NCBI GenBank assembly: GCA_028023455.1
Contig: JAQFVV010000003.1
Location: forward strand, 23,126,001 to 23,190,000
Reading direction: 5' to 3'
Source of the DNA: Epiperipatus broadwayi
Taxonomy: Eukaryota > Animalia > Onychophora
DNA: 64,000 nt
A program made the translations under genes and the position numbers. This document shows, in pieces, positions 36,886-50,683 of this stretch (position 1 is the first letter of the stretch; every line of letters starts with the position of its first letter). The notes under the pieces were generated by a model. It ran no database searches and was not told where the DNA came from. It was given only the letters and a program-made list of their open reading frames with translations.

Positions 36886-38805
36886 GCTGCAGAAAGGAAT
36901 TTGCTCTTAACTGAAGGGAGACACTGATTTCTTTTAGAGGCCTTAAAAGAAATTCAGCAGAACAAATTCTCAATGTTTACTCCATATTTTTCTATCCCAT
37001 AGTAAATGAATATGGATAGGAAGCTCACCCATTATGCATTAGCCAATGTGGTGAATTTATTGACAAAACTTTTGAGTTTAATATCAAGAAACATCATAAT
37101 ATTTCTTTTTTGTTGTCTGATAACTCTTAAATGAAATATCATTTGAATTTTTTTGATTGAAGGAATGTGTGTATGAATGATTTTTTTTAAAATAGATATT
37201 TACAACCATGACAGACAAAATTAAATTGTCTTATTCCCAGGAGGCTGTAGAGTCTCCAACCAAGGCAGCGGTTGGCAGTTGAAGATTGAGGTTGCTAAGA
37301 ATTTCTTGAATGCCGCCCCAAGCTAATGATAATGATTTTTATTTAGATATCTATAACTGTAGATCACTTTCAAATGAAGGAAGTTGCATTAATTGAAAAT
37401 GTCTAATATTAAATGGAATATTGTTAGACATTGTGAAATTGGAAGAAAAAATGAAGAGACAATTGATTTAAAAAATGGACATATATTTTACTATAAAAAG
37501 CATCAATATTGGAAGCACAAGTGGGGGATTCATTATAAATAAAAAATGAAGAATAATATTGTGGAGTGACAAGATTACTTATTCAAATTAATAGAAAATA
37601 CCAAATGCAGACAATTCAGATATATGCTATAATAATGTTCTCATTGTGATGAAGTGATAGAGAATTTTTATATAGGTGACAAAATGCTTTTGGTCAGACC
37701 AAAGAACATTTTAAAATTGTCGTAGGAGATTCACTAGATCTTAGTAAACAACTAAAAAATAAAACTTATGTAATTAAAGTGGGCTGTGGTGATGGAAGTG
37801 ACAGATTCTAGATATGTAGAGTTTGCAGAAAAAGAGAACTACATTATAAGATAGATTTTATTTGGATTATAGCTTGACTAGCAAAAAATGATGTATTTCA
37901 AGATTGTAATAATCTTTCTTAATTGATTCAACACAAGAGGTGAAATTGATTAATGAAATATAAGATACATGTTAATGCAAAAACTAGAGATAGAAAACTA
38001 TTAAGAACTCCAATATTAACAGTTGATATTCTCCTAATTTTTCAAGGACACTTCAGTGAATTTAAATTAGAACTTGCAAATTGTTTTAAAATATATTAAC
38101 AGACTGAAGATGGTTCAGATTTGAATGAAATAAATAAGAAGATAAACTGATTTGTGATTTGGCCAGGAAAGTTTTAGAAGAAAATTAAAGTCTCGAAAGT
38201 ATAAAACAACATCTTAGTATTTGAAGAAAAATTATTTGGCAAAAAAAAAATGGAACTATTACTAAAGAGATGATATCATGAAATGAAAAGAATAAGCAGA
38301 TAAAGAATCTCCTACAATTATTACATCTGCTGAATTGCCAAACATTTTAAATGAAGTGAAACATGCAATTAAAGTTATGAAGAAGGGAAAAGCTTCCGGA
38401 TAATGATGGAATTATAATCAATATCTTAAAAGAAGCAAGTGAAGAAATAGAAAAATTGTTAGCAAAGTCATATACTAAATGTTTAAATGATAAAATCGTA
38501 CCTAATAATTGAAAAAAATGCAGTAATAATATTAATATTTAAAATAGATAATAAAGATATTTGAAATTAAACAGATCATCAGCTTTTTATCAATTCTAAA
38601 CAAACACTTTTACAAAGATAATCATAACTTGTTTAAAGCAAACTTTGGATTCTAAAGAGTCAAAAGAATAAGTTGGATTTTAAAATATTTTTAGCACAGT
38701 GGATCACATCCAACTATTGAAGGAAGATTGAGAAAAATGCAAGAAATATGAGTTATCATTATACTTTGTACTTGTAAATTATGAAAAGCATTTGATTCTA
38801 TATGT
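36886..38805 (+). mobile_element. RTE LINE copy 3: decayed, 5' end present, 3' half missing
   Basis: Begins gctgcagaaaggaatttgctcttaactgaagggagac, matching the 5' end of the 63834 copy. APE and early RT motifs follow (KGKA.G, DHIQ, YEK). Confidence 0.88.
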
Positions 38806-38807
38806 AT

Positions 38808-39047
38808 TTTTGTGGTGAGTACATTTACGAGAATCACGAGCACACATACTTATACAACAGAGCTAAACAAAACAATGAATACAATTTGATCTTTTTTGAT
38901 CACGAGCTCACTACGGGTCATACTTTCAGTTCTATTAAAGTAAGCACTGTTTGTGCCGAAAGAGATTATAGAAAATGAAAATATAAGGAGGCATAGGCAA
39001 TTGCAAAGGATTTAAATGTAATTAATAGAAAGGAGTCATGTGTTTAA
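38808..39047 (+). mobile_element. GIY-YIG C-terminal fragment of a Penelope-like element related to the 31.5-32.9 kb element
   Basis: One frame reads ...LIFFDHELTTGHTFSSIKVSTVCAERDYRK*KYKEA*AIAKDLNVINRKESCV*; compare LIFFEHQNTTGHTF at 32.7 kb. Confidence 0.75.
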
Positions 39048-39322
39048 TTATCAAATAAATGGAATATTTAAATGCCTCATTTATATAATAAATCACATCC
39101 ATATATAGGCATAATTTTCAATAGCTAAATAAAACAGCATTATGATTCTGACAGTTATCTGCCAAGAGCGTGCTTAGTGCAATGTAAAAGTTTTGAATAT
39201 TAACTATTACCTTTTTTTAAGACTCAATTATAATGAGTTTAGAATATACTATTATAAATCTTTGCAAGTTATTATATAATCACTATTTTTAAAAATTTTA
39301 TTTCAAAATTATTTTTATATAG

Positions 39323-39392
39323 GTGTTATGATTTCACATCTTAATCTTATAACAGCAGCTGCAGGTATTGTTGCTCCTGTTCCCGAACCCAG
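39323..39392 (+). CDS. ACSL3/4: ACSL exon (VMISHLNLITAAAGIVAPVPEP)
   Basis: atag acceptor, gtgag donor. 70 bp, phase 1/2. Completes PKGVMISH.NL. Confidence 0.93.
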
Positions 39393-39812
39393 GTGAGAAT
39401 TAAACATAACTATAAAATTACAGCTCCTTTCTTCCTGCATTAATAGTAAATTTTATTATTATTTTAGAATAATACAATTTTTTATTTTTATTTTATTTTT
39501 GAAAGAAAAAAAACACTTTATTTTGTATCAACATAGTACAACTACTATAGGTCTATCTTTTAATGCTAATGAATAATAATATTGAAAGATCAAAATGAAT
39601 ATGAAGCATGTTTAAAAACAATCTAAAAATTAACTTTTACAAAATTTTTGCTATCCTCTGGAGTTGAATCATAGCTCAATCTAATTATCTGATGTTTTAT
39701 TATTGAGTTAATATTTCAAAACATAACTGAAGAATTTAACAACTTTTCATGCATAGTTTTTTAAGCAAAATAGGTATAGTTTTAATTTAAATTTTTTCCA
39801 ATAAATGAAAAA

Positions 39813-40173
39813 TTTATAACGAGGCAAAACTCTTCTTGTAATAGTGTCACCCAGTGCAAGCCAGGGTATCAGTGGATGCAAGGTTTGTGCATAAAATCCC
39901 TATCTAGTGTCTATTCATCCAATATCCTCAGACTAGTTTCTGGCTTGTGGCCTTCATCAGTGAGGAGCCGTGGATCTGGGGATATTGGATGAGTAGACAC
40001 TAGATAGGATTTTATGCACAAGCCTTCTGGCATCCATTGATTACTCTGGGTGGCACTACTGTATGAGTTTTGCCTTGTTTAATAACAAATTATGTTCTAG
40101 TATAAGAGATGGTGATTGTGTGATGTTTTTTATAACAGCTTGTGTAAGCATGGGGAATGGTGATCATGTGATG
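39813..40173 (-). mobile_element. Hammerhead-bearing fold-back element, copy C (best preserved)
   Basis: Inverted arms about 39813-39933 and 39973-40086. The right flank continues into the gaatggtgatcatgtgat end shared with copy B. Confidence 0.88.
39925..39966 (-). ncRNA. Minimal type I hammerhead ribozyme candidate; predicted cleavage after GUC, between 39931 and 39930
   Basis: Minus strand reads UCCUCA CUGAUGA A GGC-CACAA-GCC A GAAA C-UA-G UC UGAGGA: 6 bp stem I, full catalytic core, palindromic stem III ACUAGU. Confidence 0.8.
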
Positions 40174-43100
40174 TTTAGTGATTTAAATGGAAATCTACTT
40201 TGATATTTTAAATCAGATATTAAGTCAACATTGACTTTTGGCAATTATATGGATAGATTTTCTTTTGCTTATTCGTAAAAATTTCTAACCAGGTTCTTTT
40301 TGTGGAATAGACCAATAAGGGTCTAATTGAAGGAACTTATGAATGTAAGGAAATGTTTTTTTTTTTTTATTCTGCAGGGAAGGACAATTTATTTATAACT
40401 CACAGTCAAAAAGGAAAATATATGTAATCTTAATGTATTAATGATTACATGATAATAAAATTCTTTATTTTGAAAAAAAAAAAAGTACAGACAATATTGA
40501 CAAATGTAAATCCATACTTATAAAATATCTAAGATATACTAAGTTTATAGATATTGTTACGAGTTTAATAATTCAATTTAATAATATGAAAGAGTTGAAG
40601 AAAAAAATGCTTTTTTTTTAAAACACACAATAATAATTAATAAAACAAAGATGACTTAATATGCTTATACAGAAGAATTCTATTATATAATATTAAGGTA
40701 ATAAAACACTGGTTGAAAATAAATCCATCAGCTTTCCAAAAACTAAAGTTTATATTTATTTAATAACTATTTAATTCTTGAAATTCAATATTAATCTTTT
40801 TGTGATCATGATGGTCAATCTTATTGATCAAAAATCATTGCTATTGGCTTTTATTTATCAATTCTAAACAAAATGAGATTAATTAAAATAATAAAGTTTA
40901 GATCTCTATTATTTAGGTGCATTATTATAGATAGTTTTTCATTGAAGATAATTTCAAAAGTGTAACATGACAGGAAATTGTATTAGAAATGAAAGATTTT
41001 CTCTATTTGAACTCCTGGTAATCATTTTTTCAAAAGCACTGAAATTTAAAAATAGCATTTACCACAAGATGATTAGATATGCTTCAAATGAAATGACTGC
41101 CTTGATTTGAGGGAAATTTCTTGCTTAGTTTAAGACATAATCTTATTCAAATATATAAATATAAAATGCGACCTATGTGACTATTGATTAGTTAGAACTG
41201 ATTTCATTTCAATATTGTTTTAATCAGTTAGAATTGTTAAAATAGTATTAAGCAGAATTATGTATGACAAATGGAAGAATTTGTGTATCTTTCTGTAATG
41301 ATAATAAATGCAGTCTCTGCCTTCAGAATTAATTTTTTAAATAACTGCAGAAATTTGTAAATCTTATTCTTTATAAAAAAAATTATTCAAATCCGAGTGT
41401 TATAACATTTGTATTTTGTAATGTATAAAATCAAAAATTAACATTTAACATGTTTACTTTAGAATATTTGAAGAATAAATCTAAAAAAATAATTTTCATT
41501 TGGTGGATGGAGTGACGCTTGAAAATCTCTAAAGATAAATATTGATTTAGGTATATACCATTCTTTTGCTAAAAGGTCAAAAATATTAACAATAACCATT
41601 ATCTGAGATTACAGAATAAACTAATATAACGTAACATTATGTAGTTAGACTGGCAATCTTATTTAGTTCAAAATCTCAGAATTTTTTTTTTTAATGGTCA
41701 CAATACAAAAATAATATCTTCTTTTAGAATGTCTAACAGCTAGACACTACTCTAGAAATCTGTTTATTGTTCAATGTCATTTCATACTTACAGAGGAATA
41801 AGGTGATGTGGATTATTTTTGTCATGTGTAATATTTCTTCCATAAATATTAATTAAAGAAATTTAACATTATTTATTACTAATACAATAAATTTATTATT
41901 GTATCATATAGCTTCCTAAAAATTGCTTCTAAAATAATATATATATATATAATGTTTTTTGTATTAAATCACTGCTTTCAAGTTCAACTTCTGTTTAATA
42001 AACATCAAAATAAACTTCTGGTTGATTGAATTGCACTTTTTATTGTCTCTAATATTTATTTTATCCATACCAGTAGAAAATTTTAACTTTGTAAATTAAC
42101 ACCTTACTGAATGAGTTCATGGCAAATTACATTTTAACATAAACTACAGAAAATGAATCTGTTGGATTAATTCTTGTAAAATGTTTCCTACCTTTTGTTT
42201 CACTTAAGGAACCTTATCATCTGTCTTCTGTTTGTTTTGTAACTATTTATAGTTATTCAGTATATAATATTCTCCTGCTAAATACTTATCAAAAGCAGTT
42301 ATGATTTCTTAAATCTTCTATTTTATGTTGACACCAATATGAAACCTTAGTAAACTTTAATTATTGTCTGAAAAAAAAAAAAGTTGGGTTTAATATTCGT
42401 TTTATCATTCAGATAAGTATAAAAAAGAATTTATTACAAGTCACTAATCATATTTATAATAAGATATTCTTATAAATAATCTTTTATTTACGTACAAACA
42501 CATTAATAGATAGAATTAGTGAATAAACTTTTATCTTATTTATAAAAGAGATTAATGAATTATATACTCGAGTGTTAAAAGTTATTTTTAAATATAAGTT
42601 TTTTGTAAACTTAAATAATAGTTTTAACATTTGTTACATATTTTGATTATATATATATATTTGTGTATACACACACAATAACCAGTCTTGAAATGCCCCT
42701 TAGATGTTATACAACAGTCATTAACTGATTATTAATAAATAATGAAATCCTAAATAATAGTTTCAGAAAACTTTCTTTCATGTTCATGCCTTAATGTCAT
42801 CAATATAATTTGCTTTATCTGAATGTATGCCAATACACAATTACTAAATATATTGCTTTTTTCTTTCTTATGTATTAATAATCCCATATTCAAATTTATA
42901 ATATGCAAGATAGATTCTATTATAAAAAAAGGATTGAGAATGATAGCCTATTAATCAGATAATTCATTGTTTTAATAAAATAATGCCATCATTACAAATT
43001 TTCAGACAAATGTGAAGAACTTGTAATTCTGATATTATATCCAATTTTAGATATTGGAAAAATTATGTCTAAAACTGTAATAATTAAAGAAAAGGTTTTT

Positions 43101-43372
43101 TTAAAGTGCTCTTCCATTTACTTTTTAATTATTGTCTCAATTTGTTATTTAACTAAATAAAGGAACTTGTGTGTTTTAAATTCTATATGCTATGATTGTT
43201 AAAGCAGTATTCATTTCTCCATAATATGTTGAATGAATTTATTTTTTATCCCACCAAACCATTTTTTTAAATATTTAAAATAAAATATACTGTATCATTG
43301 TTTTTATCTTATTCATTTAATCTATAAAATTTTTAGCACTTTTGAAAAACAAAAAAAAAATTTTATTTTTAG

Positions 43373-43431
43373 TCCTGATGATGTGTACATTGGCTATTTA
43401 CCTTTAGCTCATGTATTAGAACTTGCTGCTG
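43373..43431 (+). CDS. ACSL3/4: ACSL exon (PDDVYIGYLPLAHVLELAA), Y-type gate motif
   Basis: tttag acceptor, gtaag donor. 59 bp, phase 2/1. YLPLAHVLE motif. Confidence 0.96.
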
Positions 43432-43511
43432 GTAAGATCAAATTTTCTATGAATATTATATATAAATAAAAACGATAGTTAATATTATAATGTGTAATTT
43501 TTTTTTTTAAG

Positions 43512-43576
43512 AGTTAGCATGTATGTCCTATGGTATAGCTATTGGTTATTCTTCAGCTCTCACACTCTCTGATCAG
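43512..43576 (+). CDS. ACSL3/4: ACSL exon (LACMSYGIAIGYSSALTLSDQ)
   Basis: poly-T then taag acceptor, gtaat donor. 65 bp, phase 1/0. Confidence 0.94.
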
Positions 43577-46500
43577 GTAATTGTAAAGTTATATGTACAT
43601 ATTTATATATGTGTGTGTTGAGATTTTTTTCTAAAAGCAAATAAGATAAAAAATTAATAGAGTAATGTGATCAAATGATAATTCTTGATTGTGTATGAAA
43701 TATTATTGCTTGCCTTTTCTTATCATAATGTATTTCAGCATATTAATATTTAGAACTGTACTATAAACTTTAATGTAACAAACTTAATGATTGATGCTAT
43801 CATTATCAGTAAATTTTATTATTTACACACTTGTACTTACATCTATATATAAGAAGCAGCATACATAGATAATATAATAAAGGATTAAAAAATTTTATAT
43901 AGCTCTAAAATAAAATGCTAAAATAAATTGGTAAGAGAATATCAAATCCTCGTAAACTATCATCGATAATATTCAAGCATAATTACTTGCAACGCTTTAT
44001 TACTTAATAATTTAACTGATTTTCATATAGGAAGTTTTACATACATATGTACAGTAATAGAAGACGATTTCACATATTGCCATTGAGATTTGAAAAGTAT
44101 ATCAAAGGAGATAAATCTCTATTTAAATAATAAAAATATAGTATTAAAAATTATCCATGGTCTAGGTAACTTAAGATGAATATACTATTGTTGCACTATT
44201 ATTGTGATACAAGTCTAAATCACAGCAACCCAAGTAAATGAAGAAAAAAATTAATCAAGTCATGATCAGAGTTTTTCAATGCCTATGATTCTATAGATAT
44301 AAAAGTTGACAATGACAAAGAATAGAAAAAGCACTGATGCCTTTAACTGCAGTTCTTGAGCAGCAATGCATATCAACAAGTAGATGCTTGATCTTTCAGT
44401 TGAAGACATTTGAAAAACATATAATGCCCAGAAAGATTTTTGGTAAAATATATTTAGCAATTTAGTAATTTGAAAAAATTGAAGTGATAATAGATTATTC
44501 TGAAGAATATGATCATCATAATAGCACTGCAACAACATATTTCTGTAGTAAACATACTGGAAAATTTAATCATTAGTAATGTTTTGAAAAATTTATTCTA
44601 ATTTATATATTTTGATAATCAATAAAGATGTTATATCTATCTTAATATGTATTAGCATAATAATGTAATAAGAAATCTTGTTTGGCTTATATGAGAGAAG
44701 TGATTTGTTCTTTGCATCTTTTTTTTTACTTGCCAATGAAATTAGCTTTGCTCCCAGTATCAGTTTACTCATCATTGCTATCATGAATTATTTTATTACA
44801 ATCATACAATTCTCACATGCAATTCCCATTTTCTAACAGTAAAATTATTTATTTGTTCACTTAATCTTTTTAATGATAATTTTATCTTGATTACTTTTCT
44901 CTTATTTAATGACACTTAATCAATATGTAACTCATCTTGGATTGCACTGTATGAGATATTATTAATATTTTAGCTTTCCAATAATTACTCGATTGCCATT
45001 TTTACTACTTTTGGCTTTATCTTTAAGTATTGGTTTTTATTATTTTATATAACTTTTTTTACAAGAAATATCATTTATTTTGCAAATTCATATTACTCAA
45101 ATCATGTTGTAGTCATAATATGAAGAATACAAAATGAATATGCAATTTACAAATCTTGAGTGAAATTATATCTCATATATATTTAATATGTAATGAGACT
45201 TCTAAATTCAGTACACTTTAAAACATAATGGAAAAAGATTATGGTAAACGGAAATGGTGCTCAATTTGCATTTCTGGCAGAACTTACTGTCTTCAGTTGA
45301 CTCAGATCCTTACTCACACATCATCATTATTATGGTTTAGTATTTATCCATAGCAAGCATCTATAATTTCATTTGCAAGTATGATTCCATTTGAATGAAC
45401 TCATTTTGACAATATCATCTAGGATAAATATTGATTATTTCTTAGTTATTTTTTATTAGGCCATAAAATATTATTTAGTTTTCTGATCAGATCTAAAGTT
45501 TAAACCTAGTTAAAGATTATATATCATTTATTAAATTTCACTTTTTCATGATCATACATAGTATTTTTAATACATAAATAAAACATCTAAATTCAACACA
45601 CTCCTTTAAAGCAAACGATCCCTAAAATGCATTTCTGTTATAATCTGCCATCATCAGTTATCTCAGAGTTTTAATGATGATAGATTCTGTCAGAAGTGCA
45701 TTTTGGAGATCATTTTCTTTTAACATACAGCACATAAATATATATATATTAATGTTGGAATGTAGTAAGTGATATATTAATCTTTACCATAAAAAAATAA
45801 TTAGAAAATAATCATTGATATTTATCCTAGATTGTATCATCAAAATGAGTGTATTGTGCTTGTAAAATAGTTTTTTATAGCCAACTGCAAGTCAAAAACT
45901 TCTTAATCATTTTCTCATAGAAGAATTATGAAAAAGAAAACATTACCAGAGTTGCCAATTGACAGATGATGAGAAGTTGAATGGCTTTCCATCCTTGTTT
46001 ACTTTCTAACTTAAAATAACTAGATACTTATTTGTTGACTAATGTTAGATGATTAACAGGATTGGCTATGAACCTGCTATCTGAAAGAAAAATTAAAACT
46101 TGATTGAAATGTGAAAAAATTTTCAAGTTATTTTTAGTCTAGATTTGAATCTAAATTTTAGAAAGAACAAGTGGTAAACCATGAGGAACTTCAGTTTCTA
46201 TATTTTGTTAACTTTTTTTAATAAACCACTTAGATATTTCTCTTCATTTTTTTAAATATAATTAAAAAAGAAATATTAGATTACAATAAAGAAAAATTTT
46301 TTTTGTTAGCTTGAGTTTGTCTAAAATTTTGTGAAGGTAGTATTTTAATTGTAATTATATCAGACTATTTCCATCATCTAATATTAATTGTTAAATGTTT
46401 TTAGAAAAATTCAAACTTTATTTAAACTAAGTGTTAATAATAGCACATAGATACAATGTTTTGATTTGTGTTATATATTAATTACAAGTTTGTTAGCTTT

Positions 46501-46777
46501 TTTATAATATATATTTAAAAATTATTTTACCTTTTTTTTAAATATATGTATGATTATATAATAAACATTAATATTTATTCATTACTACCTGTGCAAATGT
46601 ATTTTATTAACTTATGGTTTATATTTATTGTTTATATCTATGTGTATGTTTGTAGGCAAATTCTTGGCTATACATACATGCACATGCAGTTTTAGAAAAC
46701 ATATTTTTATAAAAATTAATTTAAAATATTTGTTTATTTTAAAGATTCTGTAAAGAGCTATTTTATATTTTGTTTAG

Positions 46778-46849
46778 TCTACCAAAATTAAAAAAGGCTG
46801 TAAAGGAGATGCTTCTGTGTTGCAACCAACTTTGTTTGCTACTGTTCCA
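46778..46849 (+). CDS. ACSL3/4: ACSL exon (STKIKKGCKGDASVLQPTLFATVP)
   Basis: tttag acceptor, gtaag donor. 72 bp, phase 0/0. Confidence 0.95.
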
Positions 46850-49800
46850 GTAAGTAAATAAAAAAGTATTTTATATGTTTGTGCTATATAATTATAAAAT
46901 AGATTTTTTTTTTTGCAGTTGGAACACCAGAATTTTTTGTTTACATTATGAGAAATGATTTAATTATATGTTATCTCATGATCTTTAATTGAAATTTCAA
47001 TAATCTAAGAAAAATGAAATTGCCATTAACTTCAAATTCATTAGCATTTTTCAGGCTATTCTTTTGATTTAAAGTTTTCAAAATGCTAATTTTTGAAAAT
47101 ATTTATTTTTGGAAAAAATATAATCATATTTATATATTGGTATTTATATAAAGAGGAATTAATACATATATATATTTAAACACACACACACAAAGCCAAC
47201 AAAGTAAAATTCAAAATCTGTTAATCAAAGAATAGATTTGAAATATCGTCATAGTAAAGTTATTAAAAATTAGTCTTTTAATTTTATTTAAAAAATCTAT
47301 TATTGTTCATATTAATTTATTAGTATAATTCTGATTTGATCAACATGTATTTATTATAGCATTTTATAATTTTAAAATAACTTTGAAAATCAAAGCAAAT
47401 TATACTTTTTAATTCCAAATATGAAATACCTTTCTTATTTGAGAAAGGCTTAGCTATTGTTCTATGACAGATTTGTAGAACTGTAGATTTTTTCATTGCA
47501 AAAACATGATATCATATTAATACTACTGTATAGTCTTCAGTATTATTTTAGGTTGATTAAAAAACAGTTGTAAATAAGTAGATATTCTTGTATCTATCTA
47601 TTCTATTTCATAATTTATATTTTCAAGCATTAAATTTCATAATTAATTACAAATGGAAAGAAATGTCATCAAGTGTATAGGATCAAACAAATGTAAATTG
47701 CTAATACTATAATGAAAATCAAAAAATATGGGATAATCACTTTTTAAAATGATTTTTAAATAAAAAATTATTTAATGGGTCACATGGGATATCTTAAAAA
47801 TATGAGTTGGAGATTGCCAATGAAAAAGAATCCTATTAAGTGGGCATTTTGAAACTAAAGCAGTCGGCCAGTGAAATAGTAAAAGAAAATAGAAAAATAT
47901 ACTATTGAAACTTTTTCCACAAGTTGTTGATATTTTTAAACTTTTCTTGCAAAATTTTTCAGCAAAACAAAAAAATTGTTGCAAAATTCAGTCTAGATGA
48001 AATAGTGTTTAAATTATATAAACAAATCTAACCTTTTTTATTCACACACCCATAAGTAATATTTCTGTTCTTTAAATAATCACCTTATAAAATCAGTCAT
48101 GTCTTATGACTACAATATCAAAGTAATTTTCACTAACAAACATAAAATTTAATAATATTAAATCAAACTCAAGAACTTGATCTTTTTTGAGATCTAAAGT
48201 GTCTGAAATTTCTAGTGGTACATTTGAGTATCAGCAATAGCTCTGATATTGTACTATACTATAACTATGCTATGCTAAAGTTTATTATAATATATTGAAT
48301 ATTAATCCGGATATAAATTTTATTGATGCAGTACTTAAGTTTTATCCAGATACAACAAATATTATGAGAAAGCAATCAAACAGTCCATTGAGATTTTAAA
48401 AAGATCTGGCTGTATTAAAATCATCCATATTCATCTCTCTTTTTTAATATCCATTTTAAATTGTGGATTGAATAAAAATTGCAGATGAGATTTGCCAAAA
48501 TATCAATACTATAATTATATTACATAGGAAAACTTAAAACTGTATTAATATTTTCATTTTAACATATATCATTGTTATTGGCACCACTTATTAATGAGTA
48601 TGCCCATTCTAACTTAAATAATAAAAAACCAAAAATAGGAACAAAGACAAAAGAATAAAAGGTTTAAAAAAGGAGATAGGAGTCAAAATTGAAATATACA
48701 TAGTTAAAGAATGGAAATGTGGGTTGAATGGTCAGTAGAAACACTCACTCACACTTTAATGTAGCCATTCCAACTCAAGAGAAAAAAAAGATTGAAAGAC
48801 AGGAAGTAATCATAATAGTATATTCTGTGAAATAGCAAATATATCACATATATCAAATGATTTTTTTTAGTCTGTTTATTTGATATCTTGCAAAATTATT
48901 TTTGAATTCCACAACAACTACAACCAGTATGTGGGAGTTTAAATTTTTAAATGCCTTAATTTATATAATTTTTAAAATTGAACAGATGTCTGTTTCATTG
49001 CATTCCTATATATATATGTCTTTTTTGCAAAAATCAATTACTTGTATTTAGCTTGTGTAATATAAATTTTATGCCTCTTTCTCCTTTCAGATTTAGCAGC
49101 AGTTTATACTGCTTGTAATCTAAATAGGCTGTAAATTTTTTTGTCTTGCAAATGATCAATATTTTTTCTTTTACTTTTTAAGACAAATACTATAAAAGAT
49201 TATAACTAATACTTACAATCATAAAATGCAAATTTATTTCATTATAATAATCAATTATAAGAAAGCAATCAACTGAATCCAGTTAAACAAAATTAATTTT
49301 ATTTTTCAATTTTTGCAATTTTATGGCTTTATTTTTTTAATTTTTTTATACAAATATTGGAAAAAATGCTTGTAATTAAAAAAAAAGTCAAATTTGAAAC
49401 AATATTTATATAAAGCAAATACTTTTCTTAGTAGTCATATGAGATGCTGCTTATACCATTTATGTTATTATACCACATTGTAGCTTTTGTGGACTAATTT
49501 CTGTAGTAATTTTTTTTTTTTAATATTTTAACACTTGGCTTAATTGTAACTCTTCTTTGTGTTCTATTCTCAGTCATGTCGTCCAAATGCTTACAATCAA
49601 TACTGTATTTCTTTAGAGTATTTTTTAAATAATCAGTATAATGTAAATTGGATATCTTTCCCATGAAAACTATGCTCAAGTTTACATAAAATTCTTTTTT
49701 AGGAAGTCTGTCACCATTCTTTTCTTTTCACATGTTTAATCCATTGAAGATTTGGCATTACAACAGTTACTATCATATTTTTAGAATTTTAGGAAACATC

Positions 49801-50683
49801 TTTTTCAAATGGAATTTTTCTAATGACATTATGTTGCATTAACAGGAGATTCAGATCTTATTTCTATACAATAAATTGATCAAAATACAGTTATATATTT
49901 GTAAATAATGAAGTTGTAGCATTATGTTATAATGAAATATCTTTTTTAAATAACTTTATCAAATATACTTCAAATATTGTACATGTATTAGATATCTACG
50001 TCAATGCAATATTTTATTGTTATCTGGATTGTTGTCAAGATGTAACAGTGTTAGTGGACCGAATTTCAAATCACATTGATATTAGTTTAGTAAGTTTTTA
50101 GCAATTGCACAATAGATGGCGGTATATTTTTAAAAATATACTTTCATTGAATTTCATAACTAAATTGCTAAAAAGCATTTGCAGTTAATTAAAATAGAAA
50201 GAAAAAGAAGGCTGAAATTTTGAATTTCTCTTGATTGTTTAACTAAAACTTGTTTTTTTTTTAAACATGCATATAAATTTGATTTCAAATATTAGAAATA
50301 ACGGCAACATTGTTTGCTTTCTTAGATTTTAAATTTGAATATAAATAGTTACAAAAAGTCCATTGTATAATTTCCAAATACTAAAAATAAAAATAATGTG
50401 TATAAAAATATTATATTAAAATTGCTTTTATGAAAAAACTTCATGAGTGATGCATTTAAAACCAAAAAATAAAATTTTTATTCATCTACAATTTTGGTTG
50501 TAAATTGTGAAATAAAATTATGGGTTGTTCATAAATTATCTAATTAATTAATTTTGGGTGCCCCATGTTTTTATTTTAAGTTAAATATAACAATCAAAAT
50601 TATGGTAGAATAAATTTTTTGTTTTGTTTTTAGTGCATTACTCATTAAATTAAAAATAAAAGTGTTTTATAAAATACTTTATA

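Noticed and set aside
39393-43372. Second, mutually exclusive gate exon (F-type) as in vertebrate ACSL6
   Set aside because: No second LPLAH-encoding segment was seen in the flanking introns.
44000-44560. hAT transposase remnant
   Set aside because: Only vague FW and TTYxC-like traces, and no TIRs were found.
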